From Candidatus Omnitrophota bacterium (GTDB lineage Bacteria > Omnitrophota > Gorgyraeia > B26-G9), in contig JBDRJV010000005.1 in NCBI GenBank assembly GCA_043814605.1, positions 11,453-75,452 on the forward strand: 64,000 bases of DNA, in the 5' to 3' direction. The notes beneath the pieces are model-generated. The model ran no database searches. It worked only from the letters and a program-made list of their open reading frames with translations, and was not told the DNA's origin. How positions within the stretch are numbered: position 1 is the stretch's first letter; every line of letters begins with the position of its first letter. A program made the position numbers and the translations under genes. Shown piece after piece: positions 20,166 to 30,357 of the stretch.

Positions 20166-22103
20166 TTAAAGCCCTTCGCGTAATTGTTTTTCCGCATCTA
20201 TTTCATCCCGGTTGATCATTCTCAGCGCTTCCTGAATTTTTAATTTAAAAGATTTATCCACAAAAGGAATTACGGATAATTGGCGTAAAATTTGAATAAT
20301 CATTCTGAAATACCGGACAATTTCTCCTTCATCAGATTGGGTATATGATTTTACGCTGGATAAAGATTCACCGTGTGACCATTTTTCTATGGCCTGGTAA
20401 AGATTGAAGTAGGCTTTTTTACTTAAAGGATGGATTCTTAATTTTCTTTCTTTTTTAATTATAGAATTAATTAATGGGGCAATCTTTTTTTGCATATCCA
20501 TTGTTTCTGTATTTAATTTTATATGAGTTTGGTTTTTCCTAGGTTCAAAAACCAAAGCACCAATAATAGTCAATAAATTTATACTGGAGAGATTTTCCAA
20601 AATTCCACAGGAAAAAAGTTCGGTTATAATTAGTTCGTAGCCGTAAACAGAAGAGGCAAATTTTCCTTTAACCGTTAATTCATTATTTTTAATGTATTGA
20701 AGCTCTTTTAAAAGACTAATTTTAGAGCGTAAACGGACAATCGCATTTTTCCTTGAATTTTTAGTTGCTTGGTAATAGTGAAGGGTTAAAGGGTATACGT
20801 TGTAAAGCTGGTCTTTCCATTTTTGATAAAGATGAAGTAAGGTAGCATAGGAAAGATTAAATTGACTATGAATAGGTTCCGGGACCCCAAAAATAATTTT
20901 TTCTAGTTCATTAAAATCCATCCGGTAAGGATTTACGCGGAAATAAACAAACCCTTCTGTGTCGATACCCCGGCGTCCGGCGCGTCCGGCCATCTGGTAA
21001 TAATCACGGCAGCGGAGATTGGCAAAATAAAATCCGTAGAATTTTCTTAGCTCATCAAAGATTACAGTTTTGGCCGGCATATTGATACCGAGAGCGAAAG
21101 TTTCTGTGGTAAAAATTAGTTTTATGAGTCGGGATGTAAATAACTGTTCAATAACTTCTTTTAAGCTGGGAAGCAATCCGGCATGATGAAAAGCAATACC
21201 GTTAGTTATGATTGGATAGAGTCTCTTGGCAGAAGGCTCATTTTCTAAGTCATATTTTTTTAATAAGTTCTGAAATAAAATACTTAACTCAGTTTTTTCT
21301 GATGCGGTAAGTAAGTTTAAAAAATCAAAATTTTTTGTTTCAAACGCCAGTTCCTCGCAGCGTTTACGGCTGAACGAAAAATAAATTACAGGACTCTGGT
21401 TATTGTTTTGAACATGCTTTAATAAGTCACTAAGTCTGTTAAAAGGGGCACGCTTATTTTTTTTTCGAAAGGAATAATGTTTGGGCTTATTTTGGATAAA
21501 AATATTTTTTCTTAAAGAATTAATATCGAGGAATATTTTATTTTGTGCTTGAAAAATATGATGCAAGGGTACGGGGCGGTTTTTTTCAATAATTGTTTGT
21601 ATCGGATGGTTATGAATTTTTCTAATCCAGGCCGCAATCTGCTTGGCATTAGGCACGGTAGCACTTAAAGCTAAAATCCGCATATGAGCCGGACAAAAGA
21701 TTATTGATTCTTCCCAAACTGTACCGCGTTCCGGATCATCAATATAATGAACTTCATCAAAAATTACCCAAGAGATATTGTTAAATCTTTGCGGATCTTC
21801 CAGAAGAGTATTACGAAAAATTTCTGTGGTCATAATCAAAACCGGAGCTTGAGAATTTAAACTCACATCTCCGGTAAGGATACCGATGTGTTTTTTATAA
21901 ATGCGGCTAAAATCTCGGAATTTTTGGTTAGAAAGAGCTTTAATCGGAGCCGTGTAAACCACGCCTTGATTGTGCTCAATGCATTTATTAATCACATATT
22001 CAGCAATTGCGGTTTTACCGGAACCTGTTGGGGCACAAACAATCACTGAATTTCCGTCTTCTACGCTGCTAATTGCTTTTTTTTGGAATAAGTCGTATTG
22101 CAT
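20166..22103 (-). CDS. Ski2/HelY-like DExH RNA helicase
   Basis: APTGSGKT, PIKALSNQK, DEVH, SAT, QMAGRAGRRG, DSHCT-like C-terminus. Confidence 0.9.
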   Translation of the reverse strand: MQYDLFQKKAISSVEDGNSVIVCAPTGSGKTAIAEYVINKCIEHNQGVVYTAPIKALSNQKFRDFSRIYKKHIGILTGDVSLNSQAPVLIMTTEIFRNTLLEDPQRFNNISWVIFDEVHYIDDPERGTVWEESIIFCPAHMRILALSATVPNAKQIAAWIRKIHNHPIQTIIEKNRPVPLHHIFQAQNKIFLDINSLRKNIFIQNKPKHYSFRKKNKRAPFNRLSDLLKHVQNNNQSPVIYFSFSRKRCEELAFETKNFDFLNLLTASEKTELSILFQNLLKKYDLENEPSAKRLYPIITNGIAFHHAGLLPSLKEVIEQLFTSRLIKLIFTTETFALGINMPAKTVIFDELRKFYGFYFANLRCRDYYQMAGRAGRRGIDTEGFVYFRVNPYRMDFNELEKIIFGVPEPIHSQFNLSYATLLHLYQKWKDQLYNVYPLTLHYYQATKNSRKNAIVRLRSKISLLKELQYIKNNELTVKGKFASSVYGYELIITELFSCGILENLSSINLLTIIGALVFEPRKNQTHIKLNTETMDMQKKIAPLINSIIKKERKLRIHPLSKKAYFNLYQAIEKWSHGESLSSVKSYTQSDEGEIVRYFRMIIQILRQLSVIPFVDKSFKLKIQEALRMINRDEIDAEKQLREGL

Positions 22104-22261
22104 AATTAAGAGCAATTATAAGCCAAAATTGATTTTTTTCCAATGAAATTATAAAAATAGTATTATTAAAATCTTTACATATTTTTTCTAACATGTTAAT
22201 ATAAAAAATGTTACAGAAAATTGATATTAATTATAGATATTATGAAACAAAGGATTAGCAG

Positions 22262-23275
22262 ATGCCAGAATTTTGGATTTTTTTTAAACTGGTTTTTTTA
22301 GCGATGTTGCGGGTGTGGCTGATTATATTATGCGGGTTTCTGGCATTTCAAGTACACTTAATTAATAAGAAGCACATACATTTATTAAGTAGTTTAACAA
22401 TAAACCTACTATTACCTTGTTATATTTTTAGTCATTTTTTAGATAATTTGACTGGGGATTTACCGCAAAGGTGGTGGATATGCCCGATTTTAGGGATGGT
22501 TATTTGTGGATTAGGATTTACAGTGGGAAAGATTTTTATGGTGTTAACTAAACAACAGCATTATAAACAAGAATTTATCAGTACAGTGAGTTTTCAAAAT
22601 TGCGGATATTTACCTTTAATTCTTGCGATATCTGTATTTCCCGCTGATGTTGCGAAGATATTAGTTACTAATATCTTTTTATTTATTCAAGGGTTTAACT
22701 TTATTTTTTGGGGATTTGGGGTTCAATTATTAAAACCAGCTGGATCGCTATTAAAAATTGAATTTAGAAAAGTATTAAATGCACCGTTTATGGCTTTAAT
22801 TTTTAGTATGATTCTAATTTATACGAAAAGCTACAAATTTTTTCCGTCCGGGCTGATAAATATTACTCAAGGGTTTGGAATTTTGACTCTGCCTGTGGCC
22901 TTGATTATCCTGGGAGCAATTTTAGCTGAATGTATTCTTTTGTTTAAAGATATTAAAAGCACCAAAATTGTCAATAAACCGCTGGTAAAATCGGTAACAA
23001 TAGCCGAGATACTGAGTAAAGTTATTTTAATAAAATTAATAATTATGCCGGCAATTATATTGATTTTTATTTATTTAATTAAAATTCCTAAAATTATGTC
23101 GTTATTATTAGTGCTCGAGGCAGCCATGCCTTCCGCAATTAATTTATCAGTAGTTACTTTTTATCAAAAAGCAAAAAGTGATTTTATTGCAGCCGCTGTT
23201 TTTTTAACACATATTTTAGGAGTAATTACAATTCCGTTATTTCTGGCTATCGGGAAAATGATTATCGGTATTTAA
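22262..23275 (+). CDS. AEC (auxin efflux carrier/malate permease) family transporter
   Basis: About 10 TM helices, FQNCGYLPL, EAAMPSA. Confidence 0.82.
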   Translation: MPEFWIFFKLVFLAMLRVWLIILCGFLAFQVHLINKKHIHLLSSLTINLLLPCYIFSHFLDNLTGDLPQRWWICPILGMVICGLGFTVGKIFMVLTKQQHYKQEFISTVSFQNCGYLPLILAISVFPADVAKILVTNIFLFIQGFNFIFWGFGVQLLKPAGSLLKIEFRKVLNAPFMALIFSMILIYTKSYKFFPSGLINITQGFGILTLPVALIILGAILAECILLFKDIKSTKIVNKPLVKSVTIAEILSKVILIKLIIMPAIILIFIYLIKIPKIMSLLLVLEAAMPSAINLSVVTFYQKAKSDFIAAAVFLTHILGVITIPLFLAIGKMIIGI

Positions 23276-23313
23276 TGTTTGGAAATTTTTGAGTTTAAAG
23301 TGCAGGTTTATAT

Positions 23314-26037
23314 TTATCCCAGGTGTAATTCAATCGTAATGTGGCAGTTTTTAGGAAAATCCCGAATAGTTTCTTTTAAAATCTTAATTTTTTTAGGAGT
23401 AACTTTTTCAATAGACACAGCATGAGGGGTAATATTAACTTTGTTTATACGGTAGTCTGGATAATCTAATTTTTGAGGGTTCTGAATAATTACGCTAATT
23501 CGTCTTTGGGCAAAATAACAGGAAAGTGAAACTGTATCGGAATTTTTAAACTGTTCGCTAGTTAATTTAGGTTCGATAACTAGATCTCCAAAATGGCCTT
23601 TAACCCCAAAAACTTCGGTGAGTACTGTCATAATATACCAGCTAGCTGAACCGGTCAAATAAGAATACATACCTTTCCCGGAGAGATTAAAATATTCCGG
23701 CAGACAAGGATATATTTTACTTGTTTTTGTATCTGTGGCTAATTTAAACAAACTTTCCAGAACAGAGTGGGCTTCAGAGACAAAATTCCGTTGATAAAGA
23801 GCATAAGCAAACATAACACACATATGAGAAAAAATTGCACCGTTTTCTTTTTCTCCGTAAGAAAAAGCAAAAGCCCGGCCCAAATCTATCTGCAAATTTT
23901 TGAAATTTGTGTTTAATCTAAAACCTTGTAATTTTTTATCTTTTAAGAATTTATTCACGGCTTTATAGATTTGGCGTGTTTGTTTTTTAGAAGCAGCTCC
24001 GCTTAATATCGGAAAGACTTGGCCGGTTAAAGTCATTCTCAGCTTTCCGTTAACTTTTCCTTCAACCCGTTTGCCTTTGTTATCATAATATCCATTAAAA
24101 AATCCTATATTCTTGCTTACGGTAATCCATTCTTTCTTTCTTACATGTTCGAAAAGCCATTGCCATTTCTGAGATAAGTCTGTGATTAAATCATCAATCT
24201 TTACGGAAACTTTTTTACCACTGATTCGAAATTTTACCGCATTGAAATAGCGGCGTAAAAGAGCAATCTTTTCATCAACCTGGTTATAATTTATTGGTTT
24301 GCGATTTAATCGGTCCAGCAGAATGATGACTTCACGCGCTAAATGCAGATTTTTTTTCTTTTTCTTTTTCTTTTTTAATTCAATTAATAGCATCGTGATT
24401 TCATAAATATTTCTTGCGTAAAAGCAAGTAAAAGCCACACTTTCGCCTTTTTCCTGAGCCATATCTAACCCGTCATTCCAATCCGCATCTTCTAACCGGA
24501 TATTATTGTGTTTGCCCACATTAAAAAATTGCACTAAATGTTGGATGAGGATGTGTTCGAGTATTGTCCCTTGATAAATGTGTGCATTTTTATCATGGAG
24601 TTGGTTACTGTGTTTATGCTGGGGTTTCCAATTATGATCAATCTCTTTTGCACGGGACAATTGTTGGTCATAAAAGTAAGTATTTTTTTCAAATAAAATA
24701 TTGAAATCTCCCGTTTGATGAATATATAGATGCAAAGTAAAAAATGGCCAAACTCCATGATCCATCCAGACGCGTGAAATTTTATTACGATCCGCAATAA
24801 AGCAGCCGGGCTTTTTTGTGATAATTGTGGCGTTAGTGCCATCAATTCTAACTCCGGAAAAATTTGCAGTTAATATTTCCCGGGTTTGTTCCGGATGCGC
24901 TAAAATCAAAGTTAAACAATCTTGCCAAAGATCCCGCCATCCTTTGCCGCCGCGGCCGTAGTCAAACTCAGGAAGAAAGGAGCAGCCAAAAATTTTACGT
25001 AAAATTGGCTGCAAGGTTACCCAGCGCAGCCAATTATCTTTAATTTGTTCACCAGTACAAAAACTAATTGCATCAATTCGTTTTTTCCAATAATCAATAT
25101 TTTTCGCGATTGCCAAGCGGAGTTTTTCTTTGCTATTAAATTTTTTGAATGTTCTGCTGATTTCTGAAGCATTTGGTGCGATACCTAACATTAAAATATA
25201 GGTTACCGATTCATCTGGAATTAATGTTTTTGTTTTAAAACGTAATGCGCCAATAGCTTCTTTACCTTGATGGACAAGTTCAACTTTTTTTATCGGCGAA
25301 AGATTTTCCATAATTGCTTTAGGGGTGGCTAAACACCCGCCTTCACCGATAAATGATTCAATTGTGGGGAATTGGCCTATAGGTAAAGCCCCTTGTTCTT
25401 CGCAGCCCAGAACATAATAAGCATAAGTATTTATTTGATGCCCGCGTTCATCAAAAGACATTTCTGGTTTTATTACAATTCCGTTTTTTAAGAGTTTAAT
25501 ACGGTGCAACAAACTGGTTACATGCCGGTGATCGCGCAAGTTATCAGCTGAACGGCCAAAAATAGGGATAGCTGATGTGGGCGTAAAAGTAATTGTCCGT
25601 GTAGATATGTTGGTGATTTTTATAGACATTAATTCAACATGCTCATCATGGACCGGGATAAAGTTTGTGATATTTGCCGTGATTCCCAGCTCATTATTTG
25701 TTCTGGTTATGGTGTGCCATAATATCCCGGCATTTAAGATTACTTTTTCTGGGTAATGACAAAAGCAAGCAGTTGTATTAATTGACCAGGGCAACTCATC
25801 TTGCAGATGAACCCAAAAATTTCGGGAGGAAATTGTATTGTATAAATCCTCGCTAGTAATCGGCTGCATTAAAAAATTATTTTGGCCGATTTTGATATCA
25901 CCTTTGAGTAAAGGAGTGATGGAAGACATGAACTCTGCTTCGTTAGCCAAAGGAAAATAAAGCCGGCTAATTTTTTCAGGGTGTTCGAATACAAAATCAC
26001 CGTTACGATTTCTGAATTTCCAAAGCTCTTTTTTCAT
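23314..26037 (-). CDS. GH94 glycoside phosphorylase (laminaribiose/cellobiose phosphorylase-like)
   Basis: GRGGKGWRDLWQD, ADWNDGLD, KENGAIFSH, LTGSASW; 907 aa. Confidence 0.85.
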   Translation of the reverse strand: MKKELWKFRNRNGDFVFEHPEKISRLYFPLANEAEFMSSITPLLKGDIKIGQNNFLMQPITSEDLYNTISSRNFWVHLQDELPWSINTTACFCHYPEKVILNAGILWHTITRTNNELGITANITNFIPVHDEHVELMSIKITNISTRTITFTPTSAIPIFGRSADNLRDHRHVTSLLHRIKLLKNGIVIKPEMSFDERGHQINTYAYYVLGCEEQGALPIGQFPTIESFIGEGGCLATPKAIMENLSPIKKVELVHQGKEAIGALRFKTKTLIPDESVTYILMLGIAPNASEISRTFKKFNSKEKLRLAIAKNIDYWKKRIDAISFCTGEQIKDNWLRWVTLQPILRKIFGCSFLPEFDYGRGGKGWRDLWQDCLTLILAHPEQTREILTANFSGVRIDGTNATIITKKPGCFIADRNKISRVWMDHGVWPFFTLHLYIHQTGDFNILFEKNTYFYDQQLSRAKEIDHNWKPQHKHSNQLHDKNAHIYQGTILEHILIQHLVQFFNVGKHNNIRLEDADWNDGLDMAQEKGESVAFTCFYARNIYEITMLLIELKKKKKKKKNLHLAREVIILLDRLNRKPINYNQVDEKIALLRRYFNAVKFRISGKKVSVKIDDLITDLSQKWQWLFEHVRKKEWITVSKNIGFFNGYYDNKGKRVEGKVNGKLRMTLTGQVFPILSGAASKKQTRQIYKAVNKFLKDKKLQGFRLNTNFKNLQIDLGRAFAFSYGEKENGAIFSHMCVMFAYALYQRNFVSEAHSVLESLFKLATDTKTSKIYPCLPEYFNLSGKGMYSYLTGSASWYIMTVLTEVFGVKGHFGDLVIEPKLTSEQFKNSDTVSLSCYFAQRRISVIIQNPQKLDYPDYRINKVNITPHAVSIEKVTPKKIKILKETIRDFPKNCHITIELHLG

Positions 26038-26203
26038 GGATTATCCTTGAATTATTATATTTTTAGGGCCGAATGATATTGGGTTATTTATTTAGGTCTT
26101 AATTATAATATAAATAATGTCTTAACGCAAGTAAAAACCTGAGGATAGGGTTGATAATTTATGGCTTATTTCGTGTGTTTTATTCTGATTCATATCTGTT
26201 TAA

Positions 26204-26232
26204 TTGACAGCAAGTTATTTATATGTTAAAAT
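26204..26232 (+). promoter_or_regulatory. sigma70-type promoter
   Basis: TTGACA-17 nt-TAAAAT with extended -10 TG. Confidence 0.7.
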
Positions 26233-26268
26233 TTTTCCCTATATACAGAATGAGGGAATAATGTACAT

Positions 26269-27192
26269 ATGGAAGAATACTCTAAAAAACGCATATTGAT
26301 CACCGGAGTAAAAGGCATGCTCGGTCCGGATTTAGCAGAGGAATTAGCTAAAGACTATCATGTTTTTGGTCTGGATTTAGATGTTTCTGAACCAAGTAAT
26401 AATTATTTTTTATGTGATATCACAAAAAAAGAAGATTTAGAGAACATCTTTACTAAAGTAAATCCTTGGCTTGTGATCCACAGCGCAGCTTATACAAACG
26501 TTGATTTAGCGGAAGATTACCCAGAACTGGTAAATTTGGTTAATGTGCAAGGGACAAAGTATGTTGCAGAGTTTTGTAATCAGTTTAAGGCTAAATTAGT
26601 TTATATTAGTACTGATTATGTTTTTGATGGGGAAAAAGAAGGCGGGTATGATGAATATGATTTACCTAATCCAATCAATGTTTATGGGCATTCAAAGCTA
26701 GGGGGGGAAAAAGTTGTTAGTTCTCTTTTATCAGAATATTTAATTGTTCGGACAAGCTGGCTTTTTGGTTATCACGGGAAGAATTTTGTGACGACAATAA
26801 TTGATAAGGCCAAGCATGCAACCCAGTTAAAAGTTGTTAATGACCAGAGGGGTTCTCCGACATACACAAAGAGTCTGGCGCAGGCAATTAATAAATTAAT
26901 TACTGCAGTTTTTTCAATTTCAAAAATGGGAGAAAGATACGGAATATTTCATATTAGCAATACCGGAAATTGCAGTTGGTTTGAATTTGCCCAGGAAATT
27001 CTTAAACTAAACAATATAAACATAAAAGTTATCCCCGTGACAACTCTGGATTTTCCCCGCGCCGCGCAAAGACCAAAATCAAGTGTTTTAAATAACCGGC
27101 ATTATCAAAGAATTACCCATGATGAAATTTGCAGTTGGCAAAAAGCCCTGCAAAATTATTTTTCTGATTTTTCAAATTTTCCGAATTTTTAG
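26269..27192 (+). CDS. rmlD: dTDP-4-dehydrorhamnose reductase
   Basis: ITGVKGMLG, ISTDYVFDG, YGHSKLGGE, DQRGSPT. Confidence 0.92.
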   Translation: MEEYSKKRILITGVKGMLGPDLAEELAKDYHVFGLDLDVSEPSNNYFLCDITKKEDLENIFTKVNPWLVIHSAAYTNVDLAEDYPELVNLVNVQGTKYVAEFCNQFKAKLVYISTDYVFDGEKEGGYDEYDLPNPINVYGHSKLGGEKVVSSLLSEYLIVRTSWLFGYHGKNFVTTIIDKAKHATQLKVVNDQRGSPTYTKSLAQAINKLITAVFSISKMGERYGIFHISNTGNCSWFEFAQEILKLNNINIKVIPVTTLDFPRAAQRPKSSVLNNRHYQRITHDEICSWQKALQNYFSDFSNFPNF

Positions 27193-27246
27193 AATTACAT
27201 TTAAATTGAAATAAATTTTATTTAATATTTGGTAAATAGGTCCTCT

Positions 27247-28167
27247 ATGAATATTGTTATTACCGGCGGAGCAGGATTTTTAGGATCACATTTGTGTGAA
27301 AAATTACTTTCCCAGAAGCACAAGGTAATCTGTGTAGATAATTTTATTACTGGTTCGATGGAAAATATTCGTGCTTTTTTGAAAGATAAAAATTTCAAGC
27401 TTAAAATGCATGACATTAGTAACCATATAACTATTGAAAACAAAGTAGATTATGTTTTGCATTTTGCTTCACCGGCTAGCCCTTCAGATTATTTAGATTT
27501 TCCGATTCAAACGCTTAAAGTGGGCAGCCTGGGGACACATAATGCTTTGGGGTTAGCTAAGGAAAAAAAAGCAAAATTTTTATTAGCGTCTACGAGTGAA
27601 GTTTACGGAGATCCTTTAGTTCATCCGCAAAAAGAAGGTTATTGGGGCAATGTTAATCCGATCGGTCCGCGGGGAGTATATGATGAGGCCAAAAGATTTG
27701 CGGAATCAATAACCTTAGCTTATCACCGGGTACATAAAATTGATACAAAAATTGTGAGAATTTTTAATACATTTGGACCGGGAATGCGTAAAAATGACGG
27801 ACGGGCCATTCCCAATTTTATTTATCAGGCAGTGCATAATAAACCGATAACGATTTATGGTACAGGTAAACAAACAAGATCTTTTTGTTATATTGACGAT
27901 TTGATTAACGGGATTTTGAAGTTAATGAAATCTAAATTAAATGTGCCGGTTAATATTGGTAATCCCAAAGAAATGACTTTATTAGAATTAGTCAAAGATA
28001 TAATTAAAATTACCGGCTCAAAAAGCAAGATTGTTTTTAAAAATCTTCCCATTGATGATCCAAAAAAAAGAAGACCGGATATTTCCCGGGCTAAAAAGTG
28101 TTTAGGATGGGAACCTAAATATTCTGTGCACCAGGGATTACTAAAAACAGTGGAGTGGTTTAAATAG
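27247..28167 (+). CDS. UDP-glucuronate decarboxylase (UDP-xylose synthase) family SDR
   Basis: [35 protein letters not shown]. Confidence 0.9.
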   Translation: MNIVITGGAGFLGSHLCEKLLSQKHKVICVDNFITGSMENIRAFLKDKNFKLKMHDISNHITIENKVDYVLHFASPASPSDYLDFPIQTLKVGSLGTHNALGLAKEKKAKFLLASTSEVYGDPLVHPQKEGYWGNVNPIGPRGVYDEAKRFAESITLAYHRVHKIDTKIVRIFNTFGPGMRKNDGRAIPNFIYQAVHNKPITIYGTGKQTRSFCYIDDLINGILKLMKSKLNVPVNIGNPKEMTLLELVKDIIKITGSKSKIVFKNLPIDDPKKRRPDISRAKKCLGWEPKYSVHQGLLKTVEWFK

Positions 28168-28175
28168 TTATTTAA

Positions 28176-28613
28176 ATGAAAAAAAACAAGAAAGAAATTT
28201 CTGCCGGCGGCGTTGTTCTTAAAAAAGATGATCAAGGCTTGATTTATGTTATTATTTATTGTCGGAATAATGGTAGGCAATGGTGTTTACCAAAAGGAAA
28301 AATTGAAAAAAATGAAACAATAGAACAAACCGCTTTACGCGAAGTAAGAGAAGAAACAGGAATTACCGGTAAAATTATTTGTGCCTTGCCGGATATTTGT
28401 TATCAGTATCAGGGCAAGCACAGTGGGGTCATTTTCGATAAAACTGTTTATTTTTTTTTGATGCAGTATGAAAGCGGAGAAATTAACGCTGATGATTATG
28501 GGGTGGAAGAAGTAAAGTGGTATAATTTGGATCAGGCCATAGCTAAATTAAGCTTTGAAAATGAAAAAAATGTTCTAAAAAGAGCAAAGCAGATTATAAT
28601 TAATAATAAATAG
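28176..28613 (+). CDS. NUDIX hydrolase (Ap4A hydrolase-like)
   Basis: SAGGVV; Nudix box GKIEKNETIEQTALREVREETG. Confidence 0.9.
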   Translation: MKKNKKEISAGGVVLKKDDQGLIYVIIYCRNNGRQWCLPKGKIEKNETIEQTALREVREETGITGKIICALPDICYQYQGKHSGVIFDKTVYFFLMQYESGEINADDYGVEEVKWYNLDQAIAKLSFENEKNVLKRAKQIIINNK

Positions 28614-28622
28614 TTATAGAAT

Positions 28623-30356
28623 ATGAAATTTAAAAATTTAGTAATTTATTTTGAACGCTTAGAGTCAACAACAAAGCGTTTAGAAATGATCGATATTCTT
28701 GCCGCACTTTTTAAAAGTTTAAATTCTCAAGATAAAAAAAATATTGAAAAAATAATTTATTTTATTCAAGGCCAATTACTCCCTTCTTTTAAGAGTGTTG
28801 AATTCGGAATCAGTGAAAAAATAATTCATCGGGCAATAATTGAAGCTACAGGCTGCCGTGATCAAAAAATTAAAGAGATATTCAAAAAATACGGAGATTA
28901 TGGGCAAGTAGCAGAAGAAGTTTGTGTGGAGCAGACAAACAGTCCTGATTTTTTTGAAGTTTATGAAAATTTAGAGGAATTAGCAGTTTTTGCTGGAGAT
29001 GGAGCAGTGGGGAAAAAAGTCGATTTTTTAGCCAGGCTTTTAAATGCGGTTTCGGCAACAGAAGCTAAGTATGTTGTGCGTATTATTTTAGGTAAATTGA
29101 GATTAGGAGTGGGAGATCCAACTTTGTTAGATAGCCTTTGCTTAGCTTATTTTGACGATAAATTTTTTCGTACTGATTTAGAACGCACCTATAATTTGTG
29201 TTCGGATTTAGGATTAGTCGCAAAAACACTTTTTAATCAGGGAAAACAGGCTATTCTTGATTTTAAAGTTATTGTCGGCAATCCCGTGAGGGTAGCTTTA
29301 GCCGCACGCTTGTCTAGTCCGGAGGAAATTATTGAGAAAATAGGTGAATGTGCCGTAGAGGCTAAATATGATGGGTTTCGCTGTCAGGTTCATAAAAAGG
29401 GGGAAAAAGTAGAAATATTTTCCCGAAATTTAGAAAATATGACACATATGTTTCCGGAAATAAAAGCAGGAACGTTATCTCAGATTAAAGAAAAGAACGT
29501 TATTTTTGAAGGAGAAGCTTTGGCTTATGATCCGAAAAGCGGAGTCTGTCTGCCTTTTCAAGTTACAGTACAAAGAAAACGAAAATATGATATTGCTAAA
29601 ATGCAGAAACAGTTCCCCTTAAGGCTTTTTGTTTTTGATATACTTTATGATGGGACCGATCTTACGCAGCAAACATATTTGCAGAGAAGAAAAATCATGG
29701 ATAGAATTATCCGTAAAGGTAAAGTTTTAGAAATTTCCCCCATGGAAATTGTAAAAACTGCAGATAGATTAATCGATGTTTTTGAAACAGCGCTTGATTG
29801 TGGACGAGAAGGTATTGTGGCTAAACGTTTGGATGGTGAGTATCGGGCCGGGGGAAGAAATTTTAATTGGATTAAGTTGAAACAATCTTATTCTAAAAAA
29901 CTTAATGATACTGTTGACTGTGTAATTGTAGGTTATTTTTCCGGACGAGGCTTAAGGGCTGCTTTTGGTGTAGGTTCACTTTTAGCTTGTGTTTATGATA
30001 AAACAGATAATCATTTTAAAACAATTGCTAAAATTGGTTCAGGATTAAGTGAATTAGAGTTGAAAAAATTGAAAAATTTACTGGATAAAATTAAAATGGA
30101 CCATAAACCGGAACTAGTTAATTCTGTTATTGAACCGGATGTATGGGTTGAACCTAAATATGTAATGGAAGTTCAGGCAGATGAAATAACAAAAAGCCCG
30201 GTACACACTTGCGGAAAGGGAAAAGGTGATTTGACGGGGTTTGCTTTGCGATTTCCGCGCACAGTAGGATTTATCCGTACAGATAAAAACGCAGAAGATG
30301 CAACGTGTGTTGATGAGATTATAAATATGTTTGCAATCCAGGGGGGAAAAAAATAG
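28623..30356 (+). CDS. ATP-dependent DNA ligase (archaeal/LigI-type, DBD-NTase-OB)
   Basis: EAKYDGFR motif I, EGIVAK, WIKLK, LRFPR. Confidence 0.92.
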   Translation: MKFKNLVIYFERLESTTKRLEMIDILAALFKSLNSQDKKNIEKIIYFIQGQLLPSFKSVEFGISEKIIHRAIIEATGCRDQKIKEIFKKYGDYGQVAEEVCVEQTNSPDFFEVYENLEELAVFAGDGAVGKKVDFLARLLNAVSATEAKYVVRIILGKLRLGVGDPTLLDSLCLAYFDDKFFRTDLERTYNLCSDLGLVAKTLFNQGKQAILDFKVIVGNPVRVALAARLSSPEEIIEKIGECAVEAKYDGFRCQVHKKGEKVEIFSRNLENMTHMFPEIKAGTLSQIKEKNVIFEGEALAYDPKSGVCLPFQVTVQRKRKYDIAKMQKQFPLRLFVFDILYDGTDLTQQTYLQRRKIMDRIIRKGKVLEISPMEIVKTADRLIDVFETALDCGREGIVAKRLDGEYRAGGRNFNWIKLKQSYSKKLNDTVDCVIVGYFSGRGLRAAFGVGSLLACVYDKTDNHFKTIAKIGSGLSELELKKLKNLLDKIKMDHKPELVNSVIEPDVWVEPKYVMEVQADEITKSPVHTCGKGKGDLTGFALRFPRTVGFIRTDKNAEDATCVDEIINMFAIQGGKK

Positions 30357-30357
30357 T

